The notes beneath the pieces were generated by a model. It saw only the letters and a list, made by a program, of their open reading frames with translations. It searched no databases and was not told where the DNA came from. A stretch of DNA of 64,000 nucleotides from Candidatus Dormibacteria bacterium (GTDB taxonomy: Bacteria; Chloroflexota; Dormibacteria; Aeolococcales; Aeolococcaceae), in the NCBI GenBank assembly GCA_050011555.1, contig JBEKIT010000010.1:18720-82719 (forward strand), in the 5' to 3' direction. Position numbers and translations under genes: made by a program. This document shows, one piece after another, positions 35,677 to 44,645 of this stretch (the first letter of the stretch is position 1; each line of letters starts with the position of its first letter).

Positions 35677-36639
35677 ATGGATCTCTCCAAGGAGCGCCTC
35701 CTCACCCTGCTGGAGCTGCTCCAGGCCCGCCGGCGGCTGAGCGGCGACGAGATCGCCGAGCGGCTCGAGGTGACCCCGCGCACGGTGCGCCGCTACATCC
35801 TCGGCCTCCAGGAGATGGGCATCCCGGTCGAGGCGGAGCGTGGCCGGACGGGCGGCTACCGGATGCGCCCGGGGTTCAAGCTGCCACCCCTCATGTTCAC
35901 CAACGAGGAGGCCCTGGTCCTGGTGCTGGGCCTGCTCGCGGTGGAGCGCGTGGGTCTGATGGGCTCGGGACTGGCGGTCGGGGGGGCGCTGGCCAAGCTC
36001 GACCGGGTCCTGCCCGACGCCCTGCGAGATCGGCTGGGTGCTGCCCAGGAGACCCTCCAGCTCGGTCTGCGGCACGGCGACGGCGATGACCACGGGCACG
36101 CGGACGGCGAGACGGTGCTCACCCTCAGCACCGCCGCCCGCGACGGCATCCGGGTCCGGATCCGCTACCGCTCCGCCCGCGGCGACGAGACGGAGCGGCT
36201 GGTGGACCCCTACGGGATCGCTTTCCACGGCGGCCGGTGGTACCTCGCCGCCTGGGACCACCTGCGCGAGGACCTGCGCACCTTCCGGCTGGACCGTCTG
36301 CTCGGCATCGAACAGACCAGGGAGAGCTTCGCGCGGCCGGAGGGATTCGACCTCTGGGAGCAGATCCACCACAGCATGGCGAGCGTCCCCTACCCGTGGA
36401 GGGCCGAGGTCCGGCTGGAGGTCTCCCTCGACCAGGCCCGCCGGCTGGTCAGCCCGAGCCTCGGCACCGTCGAGCCGCTCGATGACGCGGTGCTGCTCCG
36501 GATCGGGGCCGACGACCTGGAGTGGATCGTCCATCGGATCGCCTCGCTGGGCGTCACCTTCACCGTGCTCAGCCCTCCCGAGCTGAGGGACGCGGTGCTG
36601 AGGGAGGCGGGGCGGCTTGCCATGTGCGGCCGGGGCTGA
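35677..36639 (+). CDS. HTH-WYL-WCX transcriptional regulator (YafY/PafBC-like)
   Basis: 320 aa from ATG 35677. N-terminal HTH LLTLLELLQARRRLSGDEIAERLEVTPRTVRRYI, and a WYL domain VRIRYRSARGDETERLVDPYGIAFHGGRWYLAAWDHLREDLRTFRLDR. Confidence 0.85.
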   Translation: MDLSKERLLTLLELLQARRRLSGDEIAERLEVTPRTVRRYILGLQEMGIPVEAERGRTGGYRMRPGFKLPPLMFTNEEALVLVLGLLAVERVGLMGSGLAVGGALAKLDRVLPDALRDRLGAAQETLQLGLRHGDGDDHGHADGETVLTLSTAARDGIRVRIRYRSARGDETERLVDPYGIAFHGGRWYLAAWDHLREDLRTFRLDRLLGIEQTRESFARPEGFDLWEQIHHSMASVPYPWRAEVRLEVSLDQARRLVSPSLGTVEPLDDAVLLRIGADDLEWIVHRIASLGVTFTVLSPPELRDAVLREAGRLAMCGRG

Positions 36640-36729
36640 GGGACGACCGCTTGCCGACCGGGGCCGGGGCGACGCACCGCCCAGCCGGGACACGGGCGGG
36701 AGCGCGGCGCCACCGCCGCCGGGATTCGC

Positions 36730-37389
36730 TCAGCCGCCGCGTGGCGCGAAGAGACGCAGGCCCACCAGGCAGGCAACCGCCGCCAGGATGAGCCCGCCGG
36801 CCAGGTCGGCCAGGTAGTGCTGGTGGATGAGCACCGTCGAGGCGACGATGAGCAGCGTCCACGCCCCCGCCGCCAGCCCGACACGGCGATCGACCCGCCA
36901 CCAGTGCACCGCCACGATGGTGGAGAGCGAGGTGTGCAGGCTGGGGAAGTCGTTGTAGGGCTGGTCGCCGGCGTACACGGTGCGGATCAGCGCCGTCAGC
37001 GGGTCGGTGCCGGTGAGCTCCGGCCGGGCGACGTACGACTGGAGAAAGAAGTAGAAGGCGTAGCTGACCAGCCAGGCGATGATCATCGCCGCCGCGGCGG
37101 AGCGGAAGAGCCGGACCCGCAGCAGCAGGAGCAGCGCCATGGTGGCGGCGATGTACGGGGTCAGGGAGACGTAGGGGATGGCAAAGACGGGGACCACCGG
37201 GATCGCCTGGTCCAGAGGGGTGCGGAGGAAGATCCGGTTCGGCCCGTGGTTGAGGGGTGCGTAGAGGAGGCTCATCCCGTACCAGGCAGCGAGAAGGAGG
37301 AGGGTGGCGAGAGCGACGCTCCATCTCTCCCCGAAGACCCCCCGCCGCAACTGGCCACGCAACCACGGCACCATGGCGCCCGCCATCAT
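36730..37389 (-). CDS. PAP2-superfamily membrane protein (PAP2_3-like)
   Basis: 219 aa from ATG 37389 with six TM helices. Has DFPSLHTSL and HQHYLADL motifs. Confidence 0.7.
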   Translation of the reverse strand: MMAGAMVPWLRGQLRRGVFGERWSVALATLLLLAAWYGMSLLYAPLNHGPNRIFLRTPLDQAIPVVPVFAIPYVSLTPYIAATMALLLLLRVRLFRSAAAAMIIAWLVSYAFYFFLQSYVARPELTGTDPLTALIRTVYAGDQPYNDFPSLHTSLSTIVAVHWWRVDRRVGLAAGAWTLLIVASTVLIHQHYLADLAGGLILAAVACLVGLRLFAPRGG

Positions 37390-37427
37390 GCGGCAGGCCT
37401 CGCCCCGATGGGCGGCGGCGGCCCGGC

Positions 37428-38825
37428 TCAGCCGGGGGCGGGCGCGGGCGGCGGCGCCGGGGACGGTGGCGCAGGCGGCGAGGGCGTGGCCACGAGCGGG
37501 AGCGGCGAAGCCGAACCGGGCCCGGCGGGTGACCTCCGGTCGGCTCGGGCGAGCAGCAGCCGGCGCTCGCTCTCGTTGCGGGTCATCGAGGCGGCCCGCT
37601 CCAGTTCCACCCGTGCCTCGTCCCACCGGCCCAGGCGCTGCAGCAGGTCACCACGGACGCTGGGCATGAGGTGGTAGGCCGCCAGGGCGGGTTCGGACGC
37701 CAGCGCTTCGACGATCGCGAGGCCCGCCTCGGGGCCGATGGCCATGCCCACCGCGACCGCGCGGTTGAGCTGGACCACCGGGGAAGGGGCGAGTTGGGCC
37801 AGCGCCTCGTAGAGGGCGGCGATCCGCTCCCAGTCGGTCGCCTCGGGAGTGACGGCACGCGCATGGCAGGCGGCGACGGCCGCCTGCAGCCCATACGGGC
37901 CGAGACCCCGCCCGAGCCGCTCGGACCTCTGCAGGGCGGCCAGCCCGCGCTGAACCAGGACCCGATCCCACCTCCTCCGGTCCTGGGCGAGCAGGAGGAT
38001 CGGCTCTCCGGAACGCCCCACGCGCGCCCGCAGCCGTGACGCCTGGAGCTCCATGAGCGCGACCAGCCCGTGCACCTCGGGCTCGTCGGGGACCAGCTCG
38101 GCCAGGACGCGGCCGAGCCGGAGGGCGTCCTCGCAGAGCGCGGGCCGGGCCCACCGGTCGCCCGAGGTGGCCGCATAGCCCTCGTTGAAGATGAGGTAGA
38201 GGACCTCGAGCACCGACGCCAGCCGCTCATCCCAGCGATCGCGCGCGGGCAGCTCGAAGGGAACCCGCGCCGCCGCCAGGGTTCGCTTGGCGCGGACGAT
38301 CCTCTGGGCCACGGTCGCCTGGCCGACCAGGAAGGCGCGCGCGATCTCGTCGGTGCTCAGCCCACCGAGGAGCCGGAGGGTCAGGGCCACCCGCGCCTCG
38401 GGGGCGAGCACCGGATGGCAGGCGATGAAGAGGAGGCGCAGCAGGTCGTCCTGGATCTCGTCCTCATCGCCCTCCCCGACCTCGACCTCGGCGGGCGCGG
38501 TGGACGCCGCGGCGCCGAGCTCCTCCCGTTTGCGGCGGAGCACGGCCTCCCGGCGCGCCCGGTCGACGGCGCGGCGCCTGCCCACGGCGATCAGCCAGGC
38601 GCCCGGTCGATCCGGGACCCCAGAGACCGGCCACTGGCGCAGGGCCGCCTCCACCGCGTCCTGGGCCAGGTCCTCGGCCAGCCCGACGTCCCCCGCGGTG
38701 CGGGCAACCCCGGCGATGACCCGGGAGGACTCGATCCGCCAGACCGCGTCGATGGCGCGGCGCGTCGCTGCGGCGCGGGCGGCTTCGTCACTCTCCGGGC
38801 CACCGGCCGGACCGGTTCCGGTCAC
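37428..38825 (-). CDS. ECF-type sigma-70 factor with long C-terminal helical (DUF6596/TPR-like) extension
   Basis: Region 2 (DLAQDAVEAAL...PGAWL) and region 4 (LGGLSTDEIARAFLVGQATVAQRIVRAKRTL), followed by about 250 further residues. GTG 38825 overlaps the YCII stop. Confidence 0.8.
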   Translation of the reverse strand: MTGTGPAGGPESDEAARAAATRRAIDAVWRIESSRVIAGVARTAGDVGLAEDLAQDAVEAALRQWPVSGVPDRPGAWLIAVGRRRAVDRARREAVLRRKREELGAAASTAPAEVEVGEGDEDEIQDDLLRLLFIACHPVLAPEARVALTLRLLGGLSTDEIARAFLVGQATVAQRIVRAKRTLAAARVPFELPARDRWDERLASVLEVLYLIFNEGYAATSGDRWARPALCEDALRLGRVLAELVPDEPEVHGLVALMELQASRLRARVGRSGEPILLLAQDRRRWDRVLVQRGLAALQRSERLGRGLGPYGLQAAVAACHARAVTPEATDWERIAALYEALAQLAPSPVVQLNRAVAVGMAIGPEAGLAIVEALASEPALAAYHLMPSVRGDLLQRLGRWDEARVELERAASMTRNESERRLLLARADRRSPAGPGSASPLPLVATPSPPAPPSPAPPPAPAPG

Positions 38826-39229
38826 GCTTCGGCGCGGCTCGCCGTCTCGAAGGCCGCCTGGACGTCAGCCGGGAAGTCGGAGATCTCGGCGACCTGGCGC
38901 ACCTCGATGGCGGCGCCCTCCGCCCCGGAGACGGGGCAGCGCTTGGCCCACTCGATGGCCTCGTCCTTGGACCGGACGTCGATCATCCAGTAGCCTCCGA
39001 TCACCTCCTTGGCCTCGGCGAAGGGGCCGTCGGTGACGGTGGCACGGCCCCCGGAGAAGGTGACCAGGGCGCCTCGGGCGGGAGAGTGGAGACCGTCCAG
39101 GGAGAGCAGCACCCCCGCCCTGCGCAGATCCTCGTTGTACCGCTCCATGACCGCGACGGCCTCCGCGGGCGGGGCCCAGCCCTCGTCGGTCTGGTCGATG
39201 TTCGGCCGCATGAGAAGCATGAAACGCAT
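38822..39229 (-). CDS. YCII/DGPF-domain protein
   Basis: MRFMLLMRP...DGPFAEAKEVIGGYWMIDVRSKDEAIEWAKRCP is typical of YCII-related proteins that pair with this sigma-factor type. AGGAGAG ribosome-binding site. Confidence 0.85.
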   Translation of the reverse strand: MRFMLLMRPNIDQTDEGWAPPAEAVAVMERYNEDLRRAGVLLSLDGLHSPARGALVTFSGGRATVTDGPFAEAKEVIGGYWMIDVRSKDEAIEWAKRCPVSGAEGAAIEVRQVAEISDFPADVQAAFETASRAEA

Positions 39230-39394
39230 CGTGGCTCTCCTGATCCGGTGGTGCGGGGCTCGTGGTTGGGCCCTCTACATCCTGACGTCGAACGGCCCGC
39301 GTCGAAATCGACAAGCGTCCCCGGCCGGACCGATCCTGGCCACGCCAGGTCGCGAGACCGGACCGGCGGTCAGCCGCAGGTCGCCGGGACCGGC

Positions 39395-39649
39395 TCAGCG
39401 AGGCCGGTGCGCCTCCCGGTCGGGCTCGGCGGCGGCCGGCCCCGGGCTCTTCTGGGCCCGGGAGAGAAACCAGACCTGGAGGCCCACATAGGCAACCGCG
39501 AGCACCAGCAGGACGATGGCGAGAACGGTCAGCACCGCCTGACCGGTCCCTTTGACGATGCCGCCAAGCAGCAGCATCGCCATCGCGACTAGCCAGGCGA
39601 CCACCGCGACCGCGAACCTCAGCGGCGACGGAGACGGAGGAGCGTACAT
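39395..39649 (-). CDS. Small two-TM membrane protein
   Basis: 84-aa ORF with two clear hydrophobic helices and high GC3. Confidence 0.5.
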   Translation of the reverse strand: MYAPPSPSPLRFAVAVVAWLVAMAMLLLGGIVKGTGQAVLTVLAIVLLVLAVAYVGLQVWFLSRAQKSPGPAAAEPDREAHRPR

Positions 39650-39691
39650 CGCTGCCGAAGCATAGCGCCGGCCGGCACCCCCCGCTCGGGG

Positions 39692-40024
39692 TCAGACCGT
39701 GTCGGAGACCGGCTGCACCCAGGTCACGGGGAAGACCGCGACGGCGGGGGCGGCGGGGGTGCGGAGCAGCCTCACCAGGACGATCGAGTTGAGCCCGAGG
39801 GCGACCGGCGTGACCGCCACCGAGGGGAGCCCCCACCAGCCGAGCAGCGCGGTCTCGAGGGTCATCCGCCGCCAGGCGACCAGCCCGCACTCCCGGCAGA
39901 GCGGCCCGCGCAGGACCATGTGGCTTGGCTTCAGCCCGCGTCCGCGGTGCTGGTGGATGGTGGCCATCGCGGCCGGTCCGCGATGACAGAGACGGCAGTG
40001 GGTGGCGTCGAAGTGTGGGCTCAT
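39692..40024 (-). CDS. Hypothetical CxxC..CxxC protein with C-terminal TM segments
   Basis: From ATG 40024 (MSPHFDATHCRLCH...CRECG), followed by hydrophobic helices. Confidence 0.45.
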   Translation of the reverse strand: MSPHFDATHCRLCHRGPAAMATIHQHRGRGLKPSHMVLRGPLCRECGLVAWRRMTLETALLGWWGLPSVAVTPVALGLNSIVLVRLLRTPAAPAVAVFPVTWVQPVSDTV

Positions 40025-40156
40025 TGGCGCGGTGAAGTCTGAGGCCGGCAACTTTGACGGGATAGCGGCATCAGCCGCTTGTGGCTCAAATGCACTGCTT
40101 CCGTTACCGGTGGCCGCCGCGCCCATCCCTCCCCGGCCTCCGGGTACGCTTCGGGG

Positions 40157-41782
40157 ATGGACCAGTCGCAGCACGACGAGCGAGGCGACGAGGCCGCCGC
40201 TGCGCCCCCGAGATCAGAGCTCCCGATGACCGCCGCGACCCAGACACCCGAGCTCCAGGCGACCGCCGCACCCTCGAGCTCCGAGCTCCCGACGACCAGC
40301 GCGACCGGGGAGGCCTCCGGAGCTGTCGCGCCGGCCGGTGAGGGCTCCCGCACCCACGACCCGCGCACCCCCCCGGCGCTGGTCGAGCTGATGTCCCGGG
40401 ACTGGGCTCCGACCAGCACCTTCCCGGAGCGCCCCCATCCGGCGGCCACCCGCTACCGGGAGCGGCGCGCGGCCCTCGCCGCCCTCTTCCCCGGCGTGCA
40501 CCTGCTGATCCCGAGCGGCGTCCCGAAGGTGAGGTCCAACGACGACGACTACCGCTTCCGGCCCGGCAGTGACCACTACTGGCTGACCGGCCACACCGAG
40601 CCCGGTGGCGTCCTCCTGCTCCGCGCCGCCGGTGAGGGCCACGACCCGACCCTGTACCTCGAGCCGCGCTCCGACCGCTCCACGCCCGCCTTCTTCACCA
40701 ACGCGAGCACCGGGGAGCTGTGGGTCGGCCCTCGGCGCGGCGTGGGGGAGACGGCCTACCTGCTCGGCGTCGACTGCGCCCCGCTCGACGGTCTGGGCGA
40801 GGCGGTGCGTGGGCTCGACGGCCCGGTGCTGATGCTGCGCGGGCTCGACCCGGCGGTGGACGCGCTGGTCGCCGGTCCTGAGGACCCCGGGGAGGAGACG
40901 AGGCTGGCCCGGGAGCTGAGCGAGCTGCGCCTGGTCAAGGACGACCACGAGATCCGGATGCTGGAGCGGGCGGTGGCGGCGACGGTCCGCGGCTTCGAGG
41001 ACGTGGTGCGCGCCCTCCCCGAGGCCATGGAGCAGGGGGAGCGGGTGGTGGAGGGCGTCTTCAACCTCCGCGCCCGGGTCGAGGGCAACGACGTCGGCTA
41101 CGAGACGATCGCCGCCAGCGGGGCCCACGCGACGTTCCTGCATTGGAGCAGAAACGACGGGGCGGTGAGGAGCGGGGACCTTCTCTTGCTCGACGCCGGG
41201 GTCGAGAGCGACGAGCTGTACACCGCCGACGTCACCCGGACGCTGCCGGTGTCGGGACGCTTCACCGCCGATCAGCGCCGCCTCTACGAGCTGGTCCTCC
41301 GGGCCCAGCGGGCGGGGATCGCCGCGGTAAGACCCGGAGCGGGCTTCCTCGATCCCCACCGGGCCGCGATGCGCGTGCTCGCGGAGGGGTTGGAGAAGAT
41401 GGGCATCCTGACCACCGGCGCCGAGGCGGCGCTCGCCGAGGACCGGCAGCTCCACCGCCGCTACACCCTGCACGGCACCTCCCACATGCTCGGCCTCGAC
41501 GTCCACGACTGCGCCCACGCCCGCGAGCAGGAGTACCGGGGGGGCACGCTCCGTCCCGGCCACGTGCTCACCGTCGAGCCCGGCCTCTACTTCCAGCCCG
41601 ACGACCTCACCGTCCCGAAGCCGCTGCGGGGGATCGGGATTCGGATCGAGGACGACGTCCTGGTGACCGAGGACGGCTGCCGGGTGCTGAGCGGGGCGCT
41701 GCCCAGCGATCCCGACGCCATCGAGCGGTGGATGGCGGGGCTGCGCGACCAGGACACCCAGCTCCGCCACCCCCTCGGCTGA
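40157..41782 (+). CDS. pepP: Xaa-Pro aminopeptidase (M24B)
   Basis: N-terminal creatinase-like domain (YRFRPGSDHYWLTG), with M24 metal ligands in LLLDAGVE, TADVTRT, HGTSHMLGLDVHD, EPGLY and IRIEDDV. ATG 40157, with a repeat-rich N-terminal extension. Confidence 0.85.
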   Translation: MDQSQHDERGDEAAAAPPRSELPMTAATQTPELQATAAPSSSELPTTSATGEASGAVAPAGEGSRTHDPRTPPALVELMSRDWAPTSTFPERPHPAATRYRERRAALAALFPGVHLLIPSGVPKVRSNDDDYRFRPGSDHYWLTGHTEPGGVLLLRAAGEGHDPTLYLEPRSDRSTPAFFTNASTGELWVGPRRGVGETAYLLGVDCAPLDGLGEAVRGLDGPVLMLRGLDPAVDALVAGPEDPGEETRLARELSELRLVKDDHEIRMLERAVAATVRGFEDVVRALPEAMEQGERVVEGVFNLRARVEGNDVGYETIAASGAHATFLHWSRNDGAVRSGDLLLLDAGVESDELYTADVTRTLPVSGRFTADQRRLYELVLRAQRAGIAAVRPGAGFLDPHRAAMRVLAEGLEKMGILTTGAEAALAEDRQLHRRYTLHGTSHMLGLDVHDCAHAREQEYRGGTLRPGHVLTVEPGLYFQPDDLTVPKPLRGIGIRIEDDVLVTEDGCRVLSGALPSDPDAIERWMAGLRDQDTQLRHPLG

Positions 41783-41945
41783 GATGGTCGACCCCTCCGC
41801 GGCGCCTTGACCGCGCCCTCGGGGCCCGCTGCTACACTCTCTCTTCCGCAGCTTTCCTGCGTCCGGCGTCACCGCCTTGGCCACCTCGGCGGCGAACCGA
41901 ACCACCGCCGGGCGCCGTTCAGCCCACAGGAAAGGAGGTGCGCGC

Positions 41946-42386
41946 GTGGTGCGCGACTACGAGCTCATGTACATCGTCCGGCCCGACCTCGACGACGAAG
42001 CGCTCCGGACCGCCACCGAGTCGGTTGACACCCTGATCCGCGGTCTGGGGGGGACGGTCGGCAAGACGACCATGTGGGGCAAGCGACGGCTCGCCTACGA
42101 GGTCGACCGGCTCCGCGACGGCCACTACGTGATCACCCTGATCCAGCTCGACGGCACTCGCGTCGCCGACCTGGAGCGGGCGCTGCAGATCCACGACACC
42201 GTCTTCCGCCATCTCCTGGTCCGCCGCGACGAGACACTGCCGCTCATCGAGGACGGCGAGGGTGGGGAGGCCGCAGCCGAGGCCGGGCCGTCAGCCGTGG
42301 CCGAGAGTGGCCCGGCCGGGGACGAGGAGGCGCCCGACGAGGACGAGGACATACCCGAGGCTGAGATCGCCGAGGAGGAGGAGTAG
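41946..42386 (+). CDS. rpsF: 30S ribosomal protein S6 with acidic C-terminal tail
   Basis: GTG 41946 lies 7 nt after [20 protein letters not shown]...WGKRRLAYE...GHYV, with the tail EDEDIPEAEIAEEEE. Confidence 0.9.
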   Translation: MVRDYELMYIVRPDLDDEALRTATESVDTLIRGLGGTVGKTTMWGKRRLAYEVDRLRDGHYVITLIQLDGTRVADLERALQIHDTVFRHLLVRRDETLPLIEDGEGGEAAAEAGPSAVAESGPAGDEEAPDEDEDIPEAEIAEEEE

Positions 42387-42388
42387 CC

Positions 42389-42838
42389 ATGGCCGGTTCC
42401 CTCAACAGGGTCATGCTGATCGGAAGGCTCACCCGCGACCCGGAGCTGCGCTACACGCCGAGCGGCACCGCGGTCTGCAACCTCGCCCTCGCCACCAACC
42501 GCTACGGGACCGACCCGAGCGGCGAGCGGCGGGAGTTCACCGACTACCACGACGTCGTGGTCTGGAACCAGGGCAACCGCAAGCTCGCCGAGCTCTGCAG
42601 CCAGTACCTCCAGAAGGGCCGCCTGGTCTACGTGGAGGGACGGATGCAGACCCGATCCTGGGACGACGCCCAGTCCGGCCAGAAGCGCTACCGCACCGAG
42701 GTCAACGCCAACGACGTCCAGTTCCTCGACAGCCGCCAGGATGGGGGTGCCCCGGCTGAGGGCGCGCCGACTCACGCGGCAACCGCCGCCGCCCCCGAGG
42801 CGGGCGGCGACATCGACCCCGACGACATCCCCTTCTGA
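42389..42838 (+). CDS. ssb: Single-stranded DNA-binding protein
   Basis: [22 protein letters not shown], an OB fold, and the C-terminal tip DDIPF. Confidence 0.95.
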   Translation: MAGSLNRVMLIGRLTRDPELRYTPSGTAVCNLALATNRYGTDPSGERREFTDYHDVVVWNQGNRKLAELCSQYLQKGRLVYVEGRMQTRSWDDAQSGQKRYRTEVNANDVQFLDSRQDGGAPAEGAPTHAATAAAPEAGGDIDPDDIPF

Positions 42839-42852
42839 GGTTCGAGCGATCC

Positions 42853-43083
42853 ATGCCTGATTTCGACCGCCGCCGCCGCAAGGTGTGCAGCTTCTGCCTG
42901 GAGCACCAGGACGTCATCGATTACAAGGAGGTGGCCCGGCTGCGCCGCTACCTCTCCGATCGGGGCAAGATCCTGCCGCGCCGGATGACCGGGGTCTGCT
43001 CCCGCCACCAGCGGCGGCTGACCGTCGCCCTCAAGCGCGCCCGCCACATCGCCCTGCTGCCCTACAGCGCCGACCTGCGCTGA
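42853..43083 (+). CDS. rpsR: 30S ribosomal protein S18
   Basis: [45 protein letters not shown]. Confidence 0.95.
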   Translation: MPDFDRRRRKVCSFCLEHQDVIDYKEVARLRRYLSDRGKILPRRMTGVCSRHQRRLTVALKRARHIALLPYSADLR

Positions 43084-43158
43084 CCGGCGCAGCGCCGACC
43101 CGCGCTAGCCGGCACAGCGCCGACCTGCGTCAGCCCGGCACAGCACCGCCGGGCGCGG
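43059..43158. repeat. Tandem 25-nt repeat (about 4 units) that reiterates the last codons and stop of rpsR
   Basis: Units at 43059-43083 (ending in the real TGA), 43084-43108 (ending TAG), 43109-43133 and a degenerate 43134-43158. The shared core is (A/G)CAGCGCCGACC(T/C)GCG. The first unit folds as CAGCGC-CGACCT-GCGCTG. Confidence 0.8.
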
Positions 43159-43290
43159 GCCAGCTTAGCGCGCCACGCCGCGGGTCGGCGCACGGGGACT
43201 CCGGCGGCGGGGGACGGCGGAGCGGAGAGGGGACGCTCCGTCGTCACGTGCGGCGGAGCTGCCCTATACTCCGGCCAAGGTTTCGCACCG

Positions 43291-44502
43291 ATGCGCCGGG
43301 CACGTCTTCTCTACGTCCTTGCCAGCGCCCCGGCCGCCGTCCTGCTGACGGTCGCTCCAGCGCTGTCGTCGCCTGCCGTCGGCGCGGCGACGATCCCCCC
43401 GCCCTACGTCGTCTGCATCGACCCCGGGCACGGCGGGAGCGACCCGGGCGCGATCGGCCTGGACGGCCTGATCGAGAAGAACCTCACCCTCGACATCTCC
43501 GACCGGCTGGCCGCCCTGCTGCGCGCCGACGGGGTGACGGTGGTGCTGACCAGGACCACCGACGCCACCGTCAGCATCGCCGACCGCGCGGAGATCGCCA
43601 ACGCCTCCCACGCCGACGTCTTCCTGCCCATCTACTTCAACGCCTGGACCACCCCCACCCCCAACGGCTCGGTGGTCCTCTACCCCTACGCGCGCGACAT
43701 CCCCTTCGCCAACGCGATCAGCCAGGCGGTCACCAAATACATCAAGCCGTACGGCGACGACGACGGGGGGATCGTGCTCCGCCCCGACTGGTGGCTCACG
43801 CCCACCATGCCGGTGGCGACCGTCGAGAGCCTCTTCATCACCAACCCCCACGACGCCGCGCTGCTCACCCAGAGCAGCTTCCGGCAGGGGCTGGCCCAGG
43901 CGCTGAAGAACGGGATCGAGGCTTACCTCCCCGGGATCCTGCAGCGGCTCAGCTCGGTGCGGGCCGCGACGCCGGCCAAGCTGCTCCCCGCCAGCGGCCC
44001 GCTGGCGGTCCTACCCTCGAGTCGCGCGTCCACCGAGATGGGCGGTCAGGCTCGCATCGCGGCACCCGCGGCACCCGGGGCGACCGGCGGCGGCCCACCC
44101 GCGGCGCTTCAGGTCCTCGGCTGGCTGCTGCTGATCGCGGTGATGCTGCTGGCCATCCGCCATCGCCGGAGGCTCCTCGACCTGGCCGGCAGCGGCCTGA
44201 CCCGCGCCGGCGCGTCCTTCCGGGGTTCCGGGATCCACCATTGGGTGCTTCGCCGCCGGCGCCGCCTGACCAGGCGGCGGGCCACCGGCGCCCACCCCGG
44301 GGACGGCGGCCCGCCACCCCCGGCGTACGAGCTCTTCCCGGAGGGCCTGGTGCCCTGGGGACGGCCGGAGCACACCCCCGGCAGGGCGCCGTTCGACGCT
44401 CCGCCGCCGCCCGGCATCGAGGTGCGCGGCCGTCCCGTCCGCCCGGCGCGGACCGCCCCTCAACCTGCCCGCGGCGCGCCCCTGGACGATCTGCCGCTCT
44501 GA
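43291..44502 (+). CDS. N-acetylmuramoyl-L-alanine amidase (Amidase_3) with C-terminal TM and Arg/Pro-rich tail
   Basis: Signal peptide, CIDPGHGGSDPGA, ADVFLPIYFNA and VESLFITNP, followed by the TM helix VLGWLLLIAVMLLAI. Confidence 0.85.
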   Translation: MRRARLLYVLASAPAAVLLTVAPALSSPAVGAATIPPPYVVCIDPGHGGSDPGAIGLDGLIEKNLTLDISDRLAALLRADGVTVVLTRTTDATVSIADRAEIANASHADVFLPIYFNAWTTPTPNGSVVLYPYARDIPFANAISQAVTKYIKPYGDDDGGIVLRPDWWLTPTMPVATVESLFITNPHDAALLTQSSFRQGLAQALKNGIEAYLPGILQRLSSVRAATPAKLLPASGPLAVLPSSRASTEMGGQARIAAPAAPGATGGGPPAALQVLGWLLLIAVMLLAIRHRRRLLDLAGSGLTRAGASFRGSGIHHWVLRRRRRLTRRRATGAHPGDGGPPPPAYELFPEGLVPWGRPEHTPGRAPFDAPPPPGIEVRGRPVRPARTAPQPARGAPLDDLPL

Positions 44503-44524
44503 CCGGGCTCGATCCCGAGCCCGG
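44503..44524 (+). terminator. Hairpin CCGGGCTCG-ATCC-CGAGCCCGG directly after the amidase stop
   Basis: Perfect 9-bp stem starting 1 nt after the stop codon. No U-tract. Confidence 0.45.
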
Positions 44525-44645
44525 CTCCATGGCTTCGGCCACCCTCCAGTTACCCGGCTGCGTCGGTGGCATACGGCTCTTCAGGGGACCAAACCCCGGT
44601 TGTTACACTTCCGCGCAACGCCCGCCCTTCCGTGCGAGGAGTGTC

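Noticed and set aside
42885-44645. N-terminal 587 codons of the 980-aa ORF 42885..45827, and likewise the upstream parts of ORFs 18050..21118, 32969..34663, 45221..47458 and 57860..59569
   Set aside because: In each case only the C-terminal portion matches a protein family. Other real genes in other frames (rpsR, amidase, menC and so on) occupy the upstream portions.
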